NCBI GenBank assembly: GCA_051294375.1
Contig: CM119265.1
Span: 28,302,260 to 28,366,259, forward strand
Length of the DNA: 64,000 nucleotides
Origin: Paraspadella gotoi
Taxonomy: Eukaryota > Animalia > Chaetognatha
Direction: 5' to 3'
Shown: positions 10,903-24,124 of the stretch, one piece after another
How positions within the stretch are numbered: the stretch's first letter is position 1
How the letters are laid out: each line of letters opens with the position of its first letter
Made by a program: the position numbers and the translations under genes
Notes under the pieces: model-generated
Told to the model about the DNA's origin: nothing
The model's input: the letters and a program-made list of their open reading frames with translations, nothing else
Database searches by the model: none

Positions 10903-12896
10903 GTGAGTTTTTTATTTCTTAATTTTCTTAATTTTAATTTTGTTTTAAGTTGTATTATTAATTTGATAGTTATAGTTTTTTTTTCGTTTTAAAGTTTTTT
11001 TAATTATGTCATTTTTTTGTAGTAATTCCCCCGACTAATCTTGTCTTTTAAATGTTTACAAGTTTGAATAGTTTACATTCAATTGTTGATAAAAACAAGA
11101 AAGATGCTGGTGTTAACTTATCCGCTAATCTAAAGATTAACATAAGGTACTCGGGCTACATTATCGCTTTTCACACATAATCCTTACAAATAATTCCTTA
11201 AATATTCACCTTTTTCAAAAAAAAACTCTCTGTTTTTCTGTTTTTCTTGGCTGTTTTTGGCTGTTTCTGTTTCTGTTTCTTGGCTGTTTTTCTCGACTGT
11301 TTTGGCTGTTTCTGTTTCTGTTTCTTGGCTGTTTTTTCCCACCTCCTTCGTTTTCGTTTTAAAGGCGATCTTTTGTAATCAGACAAATTAAACAAAATCG
11401 AGTTTTACTTTTCTCTTTTTGATCTCAATTCATTAAAAAAACTAATAAAAACAAATCAGTTGTAAACTTATAACTATCTAATAAATAATAATAATAACTA
11501 TCTAATAACTAAACTAATAAAAACAGACCAGTTGTAAACTTATAACTATCTATTGAGCGCCGAAGTAAAATCTGGTACAGAAAAAAATAGGAAATAAAAT
11601 AAATAATAACAAAGAGATAAGATCAGTTAAACCGACGAATTAATTGATAAGTAAAATAAAAACGAAAATGTTTTTAACTCCCGAAATTTTATTGATCAGA
11701 TTTTCGTCACTGATATAAACTCTTTTTTTTTTCTCATCTCTAAAATCTTTTTAAATCTCATTTAAAATTCTTTTTTTTTTTTTAAATATCTTGATTCGAA
11801 TCTTCGCTTCTTTTAAAATCTTAAGCTTTCAGTTTCAATTTGTTTTATTCCTTGATGCGTGTGGCTACTTTACTTTAAAGGTTTCCTTTTACAATTCCCG
11901 AAATTTTTAAGATACTTAGGTTTTTTATTTTTTAAATAGTTTTTTTTTTCATTTAAACAAGCTTACATTTTTTTATTTATAAAAGTTGGACACAGTGTCG
12001 AGATATGCTGGGTTGTATAATAAAGAAAAAAATCTTATAAAAGTGAAAAATTAAATTTAATTGAAAAATACTTTTTGTTTTAATTAAAAACATAATACTA
12101 CAGGTCTTCACTGCTGACCTAATCATTCTAAATTCTTGCCATTTTTTGGTTTCTCAATTTTTTAAAAACAATTCTGCATTTTTTCCCAAAAAATCTTAAA
12201 TTCAAATCAGACAGCATTTTCATTTTTTCCGCATTTAATTATTTTCTTTTTTCTTTTTTCTTTTTTTCTTATTTTTACCGGCGAAGATGGATCGAGTTCG
12301 ATTCGATATTTCAAATGATAAAATCCTCATTATCGACAATTTCGTAACGAGTTATTTTTAGTGTTACTGTTACAGTTTTCGACCTAATAAACTAGAACAA
12401 CTAAAAAGTTCTCTTTCTAAATAAAAAAGATTTAAAAAAAGGTTTTTTGAGAAAAAAATTAAATGTTTTCTAACAAAGAATAAAAAGGACAGTGTCAGTT
12501 TGAGGATATGGGTAAGTTTGCAGCAGATGAGAGAGAAGGTGGTAAGAAATTAGAATTTGGCAGAGAGAGAAAGAGAGAGAAAGATGCAGAGGCCAACAAT
12601 TTAGATCAACTACATTATACATCCTTATACATCTTTAACATTATTCATCTTCTTCTCTCATGCCAAATTTCAATTTCTTTTGCCTCACCACCTTCTTTCT
12701 CTCTGCTCAAACTTAACCTATCCTCAAAGCTGACCACTGTCATTTTTTTTTATTCTTTGTTGGAAACATTTATTTTCTCTCTCTCTGCTGCTCTCTCATC
12801 TCATCTACTCTCTCTCTCTCATCTCTCTTTCTCCTCGCATCCTTTGCAAGCTGTTTACTTGTGAACAAAAAATTATGTATCTATCAAAACTAAATT

Positions 12897-12938
12897 AGCA
12901 CTGATGAAGATTGCAAATTTAATCAAAACATGTATGTT
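12897..12938 (+). ncRNA. Degenerate minimal hammerhead ribozyme (Penelope-like type), G12>A
   Basis: AGCA CTGATGA A GATTG caaatt TAATC aAAA CAT GTA TGTT, followed by AATAAA. The GAAA core is mutated to AAAA. Confidence 0.5.
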
Positions 12939-13579
12939 TAATCATAATAAAAAACATTGTGTTAAATTTTTTTTCTCGCAATAAAATTCCAAAAAAGTTT
13001 TCCTTCTAATTTTTTGCATCATTAACGAAAGATTTTAACTCAAAATAAAAATAAATTGAATTTTGCAATGTGGCAAATTAGTTTTATATATTTGTAAGGA
13101 TAAAGGATTTTGTCTTAATTAAAATGACCCGAAAAATATACCTACTTTTGAAATTTTTGTAATTTTAAAATTAATAATTTAATATATTAATTGGGTTTTA
13201 TAAATTATTGAAGAAATGATGTACCGCCTATTTAAATCTTAGGCAAATTAGAGCGATTCATAAGTTTGTCAGTTATATCTTTAGTTTTAAAGCTCCTTGT
13301 CGCTCAAATTCAAAATTGCCCTACTTTTATTCAGTTATTACGTACTACGAAGATAATTCCAATAATATATTGTCCTTTACCTATTTAAAGAAAAAATTTT
13401 GGGCCTAAGTTCACTCCGCCTTAGTTTCTTCATATCTTCTGAATCGGATGTATCGGGACAAATCGGAAACAGCTAAGTTTCGGATCCACGCCCCACTACG
13501 TCAGTCAGTCAGCGCCTCGACGATTGCGTCTTTGTTTTTGTCGTCATCATCGTCGTCATCGTCAATCGTCATCGTCGTC

Positions 13580-14678
13580 AATCGCGTCATCGTCGTCATC
13601 ACATCATATCAATCCCAAATCTTTTTTCCTCTCCGCCCATAAATCTGACCTCAAATCTCCGTGATACACTGAAGACGTCACGTGATAAAATGACCCGAAC
13701 CTCGTTTTCGATCTCCTAGAGAGTGAGAAATTATCATTATGTTAATGTGCCCATGCTGACGCTCACGAACTCACAAACTCCTCTGAGAAAATTTTAAAAT
13801 GAACGTCTCTCCTCTCTCTTCATCATCCTCTCGTCTCTCTCTGATTCTTCCAACAATCACAGCTCAATACACGACTATTCAATTATCGCGCTAAACATAT
13901 TCACAAACAATCAATATCACGTGCTAAACCCTTACTACTCACTAACTCACAAACTCACTCCTTTAAAATTCCTGTCCTTCTCCGTCATCTCGTATTATGA
14001 CCCTTCACTGGCTCTAACGCACATAATGACCCTACATTCTCTGACCCTTTCACATGACTGCTCTCTCCTGCTTCTCTATCGTCTCTTTCCTCTCATCTCT
14101 CTCTCTCTCTCTCTCTCATCTCTCTCACTCCACTCACAACGCGATTCACACGGTTTCACTTTTCTGTCTGCTTCACCGACGAAAATAATCACCAGACCCA
14201 AAAAAAAGAANNNNNNNNNNNNNNNNNNNNNNNNNCATTATGTGGTAGAGCATGTGAAGGGTCAAAAATACGAGAATGACGGAGAAGACCAGGAATTTTA
14301 AAGAGTGAGTTTGTGAGTTAGTGAGTAGGTAAGGGTTTAGCACGTGATATTGATTGTTTGTGAATATGTTTAGCGCGATAATTGAATAGTCGTGTATTGA
14401 GCTGTGATTGTTGGAAGAATCAGAGAGAGACGAGAGGATGATGAAGAGAGAGGAGAGACGTTCATTTTAAAATTTTCTCAGAGGAGTTTGTGAGTTCGTG
14501 AGCGTCAGCATGGGCACATTAACATAATGATAATTTCTCACTCTCTAGGAGATCGAAAACGAGGTTCGGGTCATTTGATCACGTGACGTCTTCATGTATC
14601 ACGAGATTTGAGGTCAGATTTATGGCGGAGAAAAAAGATTTGGGTTGAGATGGAGACGATGACGACGATGACGATGAC
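13580..14678. repeat. Inverted duplication (13580-14030 vs 14236-14678) around a 25-N gap; probable assembly artefact
   Basis: The two sides are reverse complements with scattered indels near the ends. Confidence 0.85.
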
Positions 14679-15870
14679 NNNNNNNNNNNNNNNNNNNNNN
14701 NNNNNNNNNNNNNNNNNNNNNNNNNNNNNNNNNNNNNNNNNNNNNNNNNNNNNNNNNNNNNNNNNNNNNNNNNNNNNNNNNNNNNNNNNNNNNNNNNNNN
14801 NNNNNNNNNNNNNNNNNNNNNNNNNNNNNNNNNNNNNNNNNNNNNNNNNNNNNNNNNNNNNNNNNNNNNNNNNNNNNNNNNNNNNNNNNNNNNNNNNNNN
14901 NNNNNNNNNNNNNNNNNNNNNNNNNNNNNNNNNNNNNNNNNNNNNNNNNNNNNNNNNNNNNNNNNNNNNNNNNNNNNNNNTGACGACGACGACAACGACG
15001 ACGACAGCCGGCTGTCGAATTCTTGTCGAATCGAAGGACAAAACTGAAGACGAAAGAAATTGAAATGTTGTTGTTGTTGTGGTTATTTTTGTTTNNNNNN
15101 NNNNNNNNNNNNNNNNNNNNNNNNNNNNNNNNNNNNNNNNNNNNNNNNNNNNNNNNNNNNNNNNNNNNNNNNNNNNNNNNNNNNNNNNNNNNNNNNNNNN
15201 NNNNNNNNNNNNNNNNNNNNNNNNNNNNNNNNNNNNNNNNNNNNNNNNNNNNNNNNNNNNNNNNNNNNNNNNNNNNNNNNNNNNNNNNNNNNNNNNNNNN
15301 NATATACAGCGTTATTTTTAGAATAAAAAAGTAAGATATTGAAACGAGTAATTTTGCAATTATCATGTCAAAAAATTTGCATAGATATACTTTGTTTTAT
15401 AACTTTTTCCTCCTCTTTTTTTAGTTCTTCCCCTATTTTCTCTTTTTGTCCCAATTTCGTTTTTATTTTCCTTTTTCCTCTGATCGAATTACCGTCGATT
15501 CGCTTTTAACGACGGTAATCGTGTAAATAAAAAAAAAATACATGTTTAGATAAAAAAAAAAAACCCAAAAAACATGTTTTTTTCGTTTTTCATCTTCGTT
15601 ACTTTTTTGTTTTTCTTCGCGAAGTAGAGAAACACATCAAAGGAAAGTGATGCCCGGTGCTTGGGGGGGAAGTCAAGCGCGAGGCAAGCAAGACTGTTTC
15701 CAAGTAAAAAGCTTGGTTCCAAGTTAAAAAGCGGTCATTGTTCTCGCATTTTTTTCAACACAATGTTAGTTTGTTAGAATATGAATTAAGAAAATATAAA
15801 AAGCTAGAGGTAATGAATGTAAATGGTTTTTTGGTCTTTTGATTATTTACAATGACAAGGAAAGAAAAGG

Positions 15871-15912
<42 letters not shown>

Positions 15913-16494
15913 GTAAATATCAGATCTGAAGATAGATATCAGCATCAGAAGCCGTCACGACGTCGCTCAAAATTGAAAAAGAAAGAAACGAGAGAGATGA
16001 TGATAGCGACGACGACGACGATGACGACGACGAACGACGACGACGACGACGACGACAACGACGACGCTCTCTTCTGTTCTGAATCTCGGATAAACAAAAA
16101 ATCTTTCTAAATGACGGAAACATCAACAAAGTTGACAGAGGATTTAGAGATGTCGTCGTCGTTGTCGTCGTCGTTCGTCGTTCGTCGTTCGTCGTTCGTT
16201 CGTGTCGTTCGTGCGTTCGTCCGTTCGTCGTTACCTCGTAGTCGTCGTCGTCGTCGTCATCATGGGAGGCCGTTATTATCCTAGGGAATAAGAAAATTTT
16301 TTCCCAAAAAAAAAAAAAGAACTTTGAAGAAAATCAAAATAAGTTTTGTTGAAAATCAAAATTAATATTAAAATTTTCATAAAATTATTATCACTATTAA
16401 GATTGGATAAATATTACCATCAATATTAGATATTGCCTAATAATTTTGAAAAAGTTTGAAATTGATTTCTACAACGATTTATTTCAGTTTTAGA

Positions 16495-16535
16495 AACGGA
16501 CATGTTTCGGCTTAATACAAGCCTTCATCAGCGTT
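16495..16535 (-). ncRNA. Minimal type I hammerhead ribozyme of the Penelope-like element class
   Basis: Minus strand: AACG CTGATGA A GGCTT gtatt AAGCC GAAA C at GTC CGTT. Core, stem I, stem II, palindromic ACATGT stem III and GUC cleavage triplet are intact. AATAAA lies just downstream. Confidence 0.8.
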
Positions 16536-18260
16536 AATGATTTGTAATGCCTGATAATTTTAAAAGTTTTTTTTAATATTTTTTAAAGTAAATATGCAAA
16601 TGAAACTTTGAATTCACCTCATGAACGACCATGACATAAAATAGTTATTGAATCCAAAGACTCAAAGATATGAATGTCTATTCAATTTCACCCAAGGTTG
16701 AATCCAGTCCTTTGATATCAAAGCGAATTATTAAAATCGTAAAAAATTTTCATGAAATCAAAATTGATAACCTTCTTAAAAATGGATTGGGTTTATTACC
16801 TTCCTTCTTCCCTCATCTACTCATCACTCTTCGAACGCAATGAGACTTTCACTGTCCACGGCTAATTTAAAAGGGGCGCCCCCCAAGGCACGGCCTAGAT
16901 CGCCCCCCAAGGCACGACCTCCGGCGCCCTCCCACGGCAGAACTTAACGTCATTGTCAAGGGTTTCAGCATTGGAGAAAATATCAATATAAGAATTATTA
17001 ATTCATTTGATACACAAGATATGTTACTCCTGACTGTGAACATTGGCGAGCAAAGGACTCAATCCCTCTTCAAGATAATAACAAGGCAGGACTTTGAAAT
17101 GTTTTAAACAAATGTAATTTTGGTTGGGGAAATAATTAATTAATTTATTAATTTATTTATTTATTTATTTATTTATTTACGCAATGTGACCTCACTTTTA
17201 ATGTGACCTCATTTTCAATGTGACTTCACTTTCAATGTGACCACACTTTAGATTTTTAAGGAGTGAAAATGTGTGAAGTCATCAAAGTCTAAAAGGAGTG
17301 ACTCTTCGAGAATTGAAATCACCGCGTTGGCGACGGTGATCGACTGGTCAGTGGTCACTGGTGAAGCCATTCACGAGAAATCCTCACATCAAAGTCGAAA
17401 ACTCGTAAATGTCGCGGGGGTGAAAGTCATTCACAGCCGCCTACCCCGCTAGTCGCCCGCTCGCCTCTCTCGCCCCCTTGGATCACAAGATTCACAAACT
17501 CTCACTATTTCTCTTCTCATTTCGACGAAAAAAATTCGGAAGTTTTTACGAGGAAATCTTCGGTCCACTTTGACCAACGGAGGATGAGGAGCGGAAGATG
17601 AGGAGCGCAAGATTAGGAGNNNNNNNNNNNNNNNNNNNNNNNNNNNNNNNNNNNNNNNNNNNNNNNNNNNNNNNNNNNNNNNNNNNNNNNNNNNNNNNNN
17701 NNNNNNNNNNNNNNNNNNNNNNNNNNNNNNNNNNNNNNNNNNNNNNNNNNNNNNNNNNNNNNNNNNNNNNNNNNNNNNNNNNNNNNNNNNNNNNNNNNNN
17801 NNNNNNNNNNNNNNNNNNNNNNNNNNNNNNNNNNNNNNNNNNNNNNNNNNNNNNNNNNNNNNNNNNNGGAGCGAGAAATGAGGAGTGGAAATATTTACGA
17901 ATCTTAACTCAAAAAATAAATTCTTTAATTTCTCTCACTTAACTTTTCAAGCTTTCCGTGTTTTTGCTTGTAATTGCTTGTCTGTACTCTTTATTTGTTC
18001 AGTATTAAAATATTTAAAATTAAATTAGAGAAATTTATTGAAAACATAAAATAAATAGGTAATTAACAAAAAAAAGAAAAATAAAGAAAAGAAAAACAAA
18101 AACAAAGGACCGACGATTTCTCTCTCTCTCTCTCTCNNNNNNNNNNNNNNNNNNNNNNNNNNNNNNNNNNNNNNNNNNNNNNNNNNNNNNNNNNNNNNNN
18201 NNNNNNNNNNNNNNNNNNNNNNNNNNNNNNNNNNNNNNNNNNNNNNNNNNNNNNNNNNNN

Positions 18261-18293
<33 letters not shown>

Positions 18294-18544
18294 CTGTCTC
18301 GCTCTCAATCGCGCTGTTTTACGCTTCGATTGACTCTTGTTCAAAAAACAAAACGTGAGAATCAAAGGTGAAGAAAATAAACAGACGAATTTCACGCGGA
18401 ATCACATTCGAGATCACGTGACGTTTCACTCTTCTTTTCATCTTCACACCGACGTCACTGTTAATTTCCATTCGGCCTTATTTGCCCAGAACGCCCCAGT
18501 TTATCTTAATTTCGTAATTTTTTTTTGTTCAAGAAAAGGGTAAG

Positions 18545-18720
18545 GTTAAAGTTAAGGTTAGTGATTAAGGTTAGTGATTAAGGTTAGTTTTTAAGGTTAG
18601 TGATTAAGGTTAGTGATTAAGGTGAGTGATTAAGGTTAGTGATTAGGGTTAGTGATTAAAGTCAGTGATTAAGGTTAGTGATTAAGGTGAGTGATTAAGG
18701 TTAGTGATTTAGGTTAGGGA
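18545..18720. repeat. 13-bp tandem repeat (GTGATTAAGGTTA)n
   Basis: About 13 units visible. Confidence 0.95.
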
Positions 18721-19387
18721 CTAGCGATTATATAGGGTTACAAATTAGGGATAATCGTTAAAGGTTATGGTTCAGGATTAAGTTACAGTTAAATATTAAA
18801 GTTTATAAATTTAAAAATATATTTGGGTTATATATCATCGCAGGAAATGGAACAGTAGATGAATTTGATAGACCAAATGGTTTGCTTCTCTTCTTTCGTT
18901 GATATTGAGGTTAAAACAAAAAGGAACAAAAAGGGGGCACTCTCGGAAATGAGAGCCACTCTGGCCGCGCGATATTAAGACATTTCTCTTTCCCATTTTC
19001 TCATCATTCATATTTCTTTAATTCACTGGCTCTATTTCCTTTTGTCTCACTTCACACCGCCTTACCTCCTTCACTGGCTCAATCTCTTTTTGTCTCACTT
19101 CACACCGCCTTACCTCATTCCTTACCCGAATTCCTTCTCTTCTCATTCGCTAAATCACAGTCGCCCTCTAACGATAATAAACTAAGCCGTTGTCGTCTTC
19201 GTCGCTTCAATTTATAAATGCAAATGAAAATAATGCCGAGAACTGCTTTAAATATATATATATATATATATATATATCTCTCTCTCTCTCTCTGACCGGT
19301 AATTGCTGCCATTGCAATCATTATAAAAATATCCGGTTATTACGAAAATCCGAGACGTTTTAATGATAGGTTGCGAAGAAGGGATTT

Positions 19388-19443
<56 letters not shown>

Positions 19444-19719
19444 CACTTGCTTTCATGTTTCATGTTTCCAAACATGTTAGATAAAATCTTCTCATGTATA
19501 TATAATATATATTAAATAAAATATGTTAAGTTTGTTTAAAAAAATGAACGTATGAAGGTCATATTTTAAATGAGAAATTTGAGTCGAAATAAATTGGAAA
19601 GCAAAAAGAGAGAGAGAGAGAGTCTTTTCCATAATTGCCCCGGGGGGAAATTTCATCCTCAAAAAACAAGAATCGAAAGTGAAATAACGAAGAGACTTAA
19701 AAAACGAAATTTGGGTGGC

Positions 19720-19766
<47 letters not shown>

Positions 19767-19825
19767 TTCTCTTTCTTTCTCTCTCTCTCTCTCTCTCTTC
19801 CTTTCTTTTCTTCTCCTCTCTCTCG

Positions 19826-19863
<38 letters not shown>

Positions 19864-20237
19864 AACACACTTCACGCATTCTTAATATGCAAATTAAGAT
19901 TTTCCAGCAATGAATAAGAAGGATCCCCTCATCGCTCTTTTACTTCTTCGCCTCCCGTGGTTTTTTCTTTTTTTTTCTTTTCTTTGTCTAAATTGGTTCA
20001 CTTTTAAGTCATACTGTTAAATGATACTTTACCTTTGAGTAGCCTTTTAATTTACATTATTTAGGACTTCGTTAACTCTGATTGTCATTTCCGTTATCGT
20101 CTCTTAAATAAAATGTTTTTTTAAGCTATCTGATTTCCTTATAGGTAAATATCTAAATATTTATTATTTTATTTTTAATATTATGAGTTCAGTCCTCATC
20201 TATCATCAACTAAGTATTTAACCAGGATTCTCATTGT

Positions 20238-20505
20238 GACTTTCATTCACATTCATTCACTTTCATTCACTTTCATTCGCTTTCATTCACTTTCATTCGC
20301 TTTCATTCTCTTTCATTCACTTTCATTCACTTTCATTCACTTTCATTCACTTTCAATCACTTTTATTCGCTTTCATTCGCTTTCATTATCTTTCATTATC
20401 TTTCATTCACTTTCATTCACTTTCATTCACTTTCATTCACTTTTATTCGCTTTCATTCACTTTCATTCACTTTCATTCACTTTCATTCGCTTTCATTCAC
20501 TTTCA
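20238..20505. repeat. 10-bp tandem repeat (TTTCATTCAC)n, followed by a degenerate ~15-bp CCCATCTGTATCACT repeat to ~20960
   Basis: Directly visible. It generates the spurious ORF 20236-21138. Confidence 0.95.
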
Positions 20506-21139
20506 GGATCTAAGTTTTTTAACAAACTTTTTCATCTTTATCTCACTAACTGTATTTGTGCATTATTTTATCTGTATATTAAAATCTGTATTTGTCCTTT
20601 TGTAACTTTCCAACTGTATCTCACCCCTTCAGTATATCTTTATCACCTATCTGTATCCTCCCATCTGTATCACTCAAAAATTATCACCAATCTGTATCTT
20701 CCCATCTGTATCACTTTTCCTTATCAACCTATCTGTAGCTTCTCTTCTGAATCACTCCATTCGTATCACTCAATCTGTATCACCCCATCTGTATCACCCA
20801 ATTTTTATTTTTCCCATCTGTATCACTCCATCTGTATCACTTCATTCATATCACTCAATCTGTATTTACCCCATCTGTATCTCACACTCGGATTTCTTTC
20901 CCTTTCATCTCCACATCTGTATCACCCCATCTATATATCCCACTCGGATCTCTTTCCCTTTCCAGATGTACATCATCTGCTCTGGCTGCACTGGCAATTT
21001 GCAGATAAGTTACGCTCATCTTCTCGGAGTCTCTACCGAACTCTGCTCCTCGTCTCTCCAACTCATATCCCGGCTTGGAAGAGCCGGGTTAAAGCAATGA
21101 CAAAGCTCTTTGTGCCCGCAGATCAGCGCGGAACTTGAT

Positions 21140-24087
21140 CACTTGGAATCCAACCGTCTCTCCTGTCTCTCTCTCAGTCTGGTCTCGCTCTCAATCGCGC
21201 TGGTTTTACGGCGAAATCTATGCCAGATGTGACTCCTTGTCGCTATGTGCAAGAAAGGATGATGCAGCAGAGACACAAGTGAGAGAGTGTAAATTAACCA
21301 GAGGGAGGCTTCAATGAGAACATCGAGAGATATACATACGAAAGAAAGGCGGAAAAAATGTAAAAAATTGCATATAGATACTGCAGGGACGCAAACCATC
21401 AAAACATTGCAGCCAAAAAAACGAGCACCCCACGTCGACGTTTCGAGCCATCGAGCGCTCTTCCGCTTTGGCACTGCTCTTCACTACCCACGACCACCGG
21501 GTGGTTGCCACGTCTAACTAGGGGTGGACCGGGAAAGACCACGGTGGTGGATGAGGAAGGCTCGATGATTAGACACTCACTTCCGGTTCCCAGTTTGGAA
21601 CCATAATTTATCATCGTTATGTTCTGCTCTCCCACCCACGAGAATAGTTGCTGCACAGTAACAAAGAGGCGGCGAGGATAAACAAAAACCAAGACAAAGT
21701 CGAATTGGGTGGAGCGAAAGTAATCGAAAACTATTTACTAATTGTATGCGAAAAGGCAAAGAGCCCCCACAAAATAAGAGCAACATCAACTCAGTTTATC
21801 TTAATTCACCGTCGTGCCGGTGAATTTTTTTTTTGTTCAAAGAAAAAAGGGGCGGAAAGCCGATATCTGAGGTTACTAGGAACGTTGAAAACTGTCCTCC
21901 CACTGCTGCTGAAAGAAGGCGAAGCCCTCCTGTTATATTAAAGATGCGTTAAGTCAAGGGAATTATGATTGCGTTGCGCTCACTCCACGCTAAGGTGAAT
22001 TAAGGGCGTTAAGGTAGTCCTTTTATTGTAGGCCGATTGTACACGAAGTTAAAGTACACGTCCTCGAATTTCCCTACTACAGGTTGTGATTAAGGTGAAC
22101 CGTATAGGGCGGGCGCGGGGGAAGAAGAATATAGTCCGGTGCATTTTTTAAGAGCACGCGGTGCCTTCTGAGCCCACGGTTGATGTGGCACGAGGGAAGA
22201 ACCCAGGGCGGGGTCGCGGGACCTTGGCGGTTAGTCGATGTAAAGTAGCGGGCGCCGATTCGATAACGGCGGCAGATTAGATAGTGGTATCACCTGCTAA
22301 GGCACGGGTAAAAGACAGAAGGGGTTACTGGGAGGAGGTGGAGGAGGTCGGATAGAAGCAAGGGGCCCTAAATACGTCGGCGCTCGGAGTGCAGTAGCCA
22401 TTTTCCGGGCCGACTGTTAGTTTTTTCTGGACATTTAGGTTTACGGGCGCTTTTTGACCGCTTTTCGCGGGCTCGATTTCGGTTTGCGACGAACCTCGGT
22501 GAGACTAACATCTTGAAAATTATAAGAAGCCGACCGAAAGAGCGCACGGCTTCGAGATTCACTCCGCCCAAACTGGAATAAGTCCGAAGACAATCTTCTA
22601 ATGGAAGGGAAATGAATTTCCTAGTAGTAATCAAAATTAATTTGCCAAAAGGTGTTGCAGTTGAAAAAATTTCCAAAAATATTCAAAAACCTGGTGAACG
22701 CCCAAGTACGTAGAACTAAAAAAGTGATTTTTCGTGGCACGTATTGTCCGCTTTCGCTGAGCTAGTATCTGAGGCAGGAGGAAGAGCGCAGGAGGGGGAA
22801 GAGCAAGGAGGATCCCTGCTTTTCGCGTTTTTTCTTTTGTCGTTCTGTGGAACAACGACGAGCATCTGGACAAAGAGCATAACTACGTTGGTGAGTAGGG
22901 AGCAACCAGATGGATGAATTAATTTTAAGCAAATTTAAAAAAAATTAATAATATGTATAATGATAATGATAATGTAATTATATCTGTTTATTTTTTCTTC
23001 AATTACTTCACTTACTCTATACACCAAAATATTGGCTTTCAAACATAATACCAAGGTTGTTTGTAAGGGAACGTTGAGTTTGCGCGCCACAACGCGAAAG
23101 GACCGTAGGGCCATCAGTTATGGAGTATGGTTTATTTTTTTCTCACTGTCCAAGCGCAGTTATAGGAAGGCAGCCATGCTGCAAATGCACAAAAAGATTC
23201 AAAATAGATAATTAAGTTTTAGGGTAAATTTAAAAAATATGATTTGGGTGTTTCATATAGTGAGTACGCCAGGAATAGGTAAGTATGATTGTAACTGCGT
23301 CTGGATAAGAACCATATGGTGTTGCACATCATGTAACAACTTGCTTTCGTTGACCTTATTGAGGTTAAAACAATAAAGGAACAAAAACGCCGTGGGCACT
23401 CGTTCATAGCATATCAATGAGAGCGACATACACTGAGCCGAGCGGTCGCCAGTGGGCCGAGTAAGGCTCTCGAGAAACACGTTATTCCGCTTTGCTCACC
23501 CATTTTTATCATCTATTCATTATATTATATCAATAGTAGAGTTAAACGTAAGGCCTCTTGAATGTTCCAGTACTTGATTTTGTACTGATCACTGTCAACA
23601 CCGCCTTACCATTCCTTCTACTCGAGGCTCAAATCTCTTTTTGTACTCGACGGACTGACCAGCCTATATACTATCAGTTCGCACGTGTGTTACTAACTCG
23701 GAAGTTCCTATCTCACTTCTCCAATATACGACTAACATTCATACAGTACGACACATACCTCGTAGAATATACTGTAGAGTAGAGCAAAAAATACAGCCGG
23801 GGTGTGGTTCATAGTCCTTCGTGTGACTGACTTCAATTCCTATAATGCACGAGATGAGAATGCAAGGGGTTCGAGTACCACCTGCTAGATTACAATATAT
23901 ATGGTACTATAAGATAGAGTGCTTATTAGTATAGCGGTCAATCTCCCTTTCTGCAGTCTCTGTACCGACGCGTAAGAGTGCCTCTCGCCTGCTACTATTG
24001 GAATCATTATAAAAATATCCGGTTATTACGAAAATGCCCAGAACGTTTTAATGATAGGTTGCGAAAGAAAAGGCTATTATTTGTGTT

Positions 24088-24124
<37 letters not shown>

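Noticed and set aside
14579-18395. ORFs spanning N runs (also 30185-31215 and 36809-37121)
   Set aside because: Artefacts of translating assembly gaps.
20236-21138. 300-aa His/Phe-rich ORF
   Set aside because: Translation of 10-bp and 15-bp tandem repeats running into noisy sequence.
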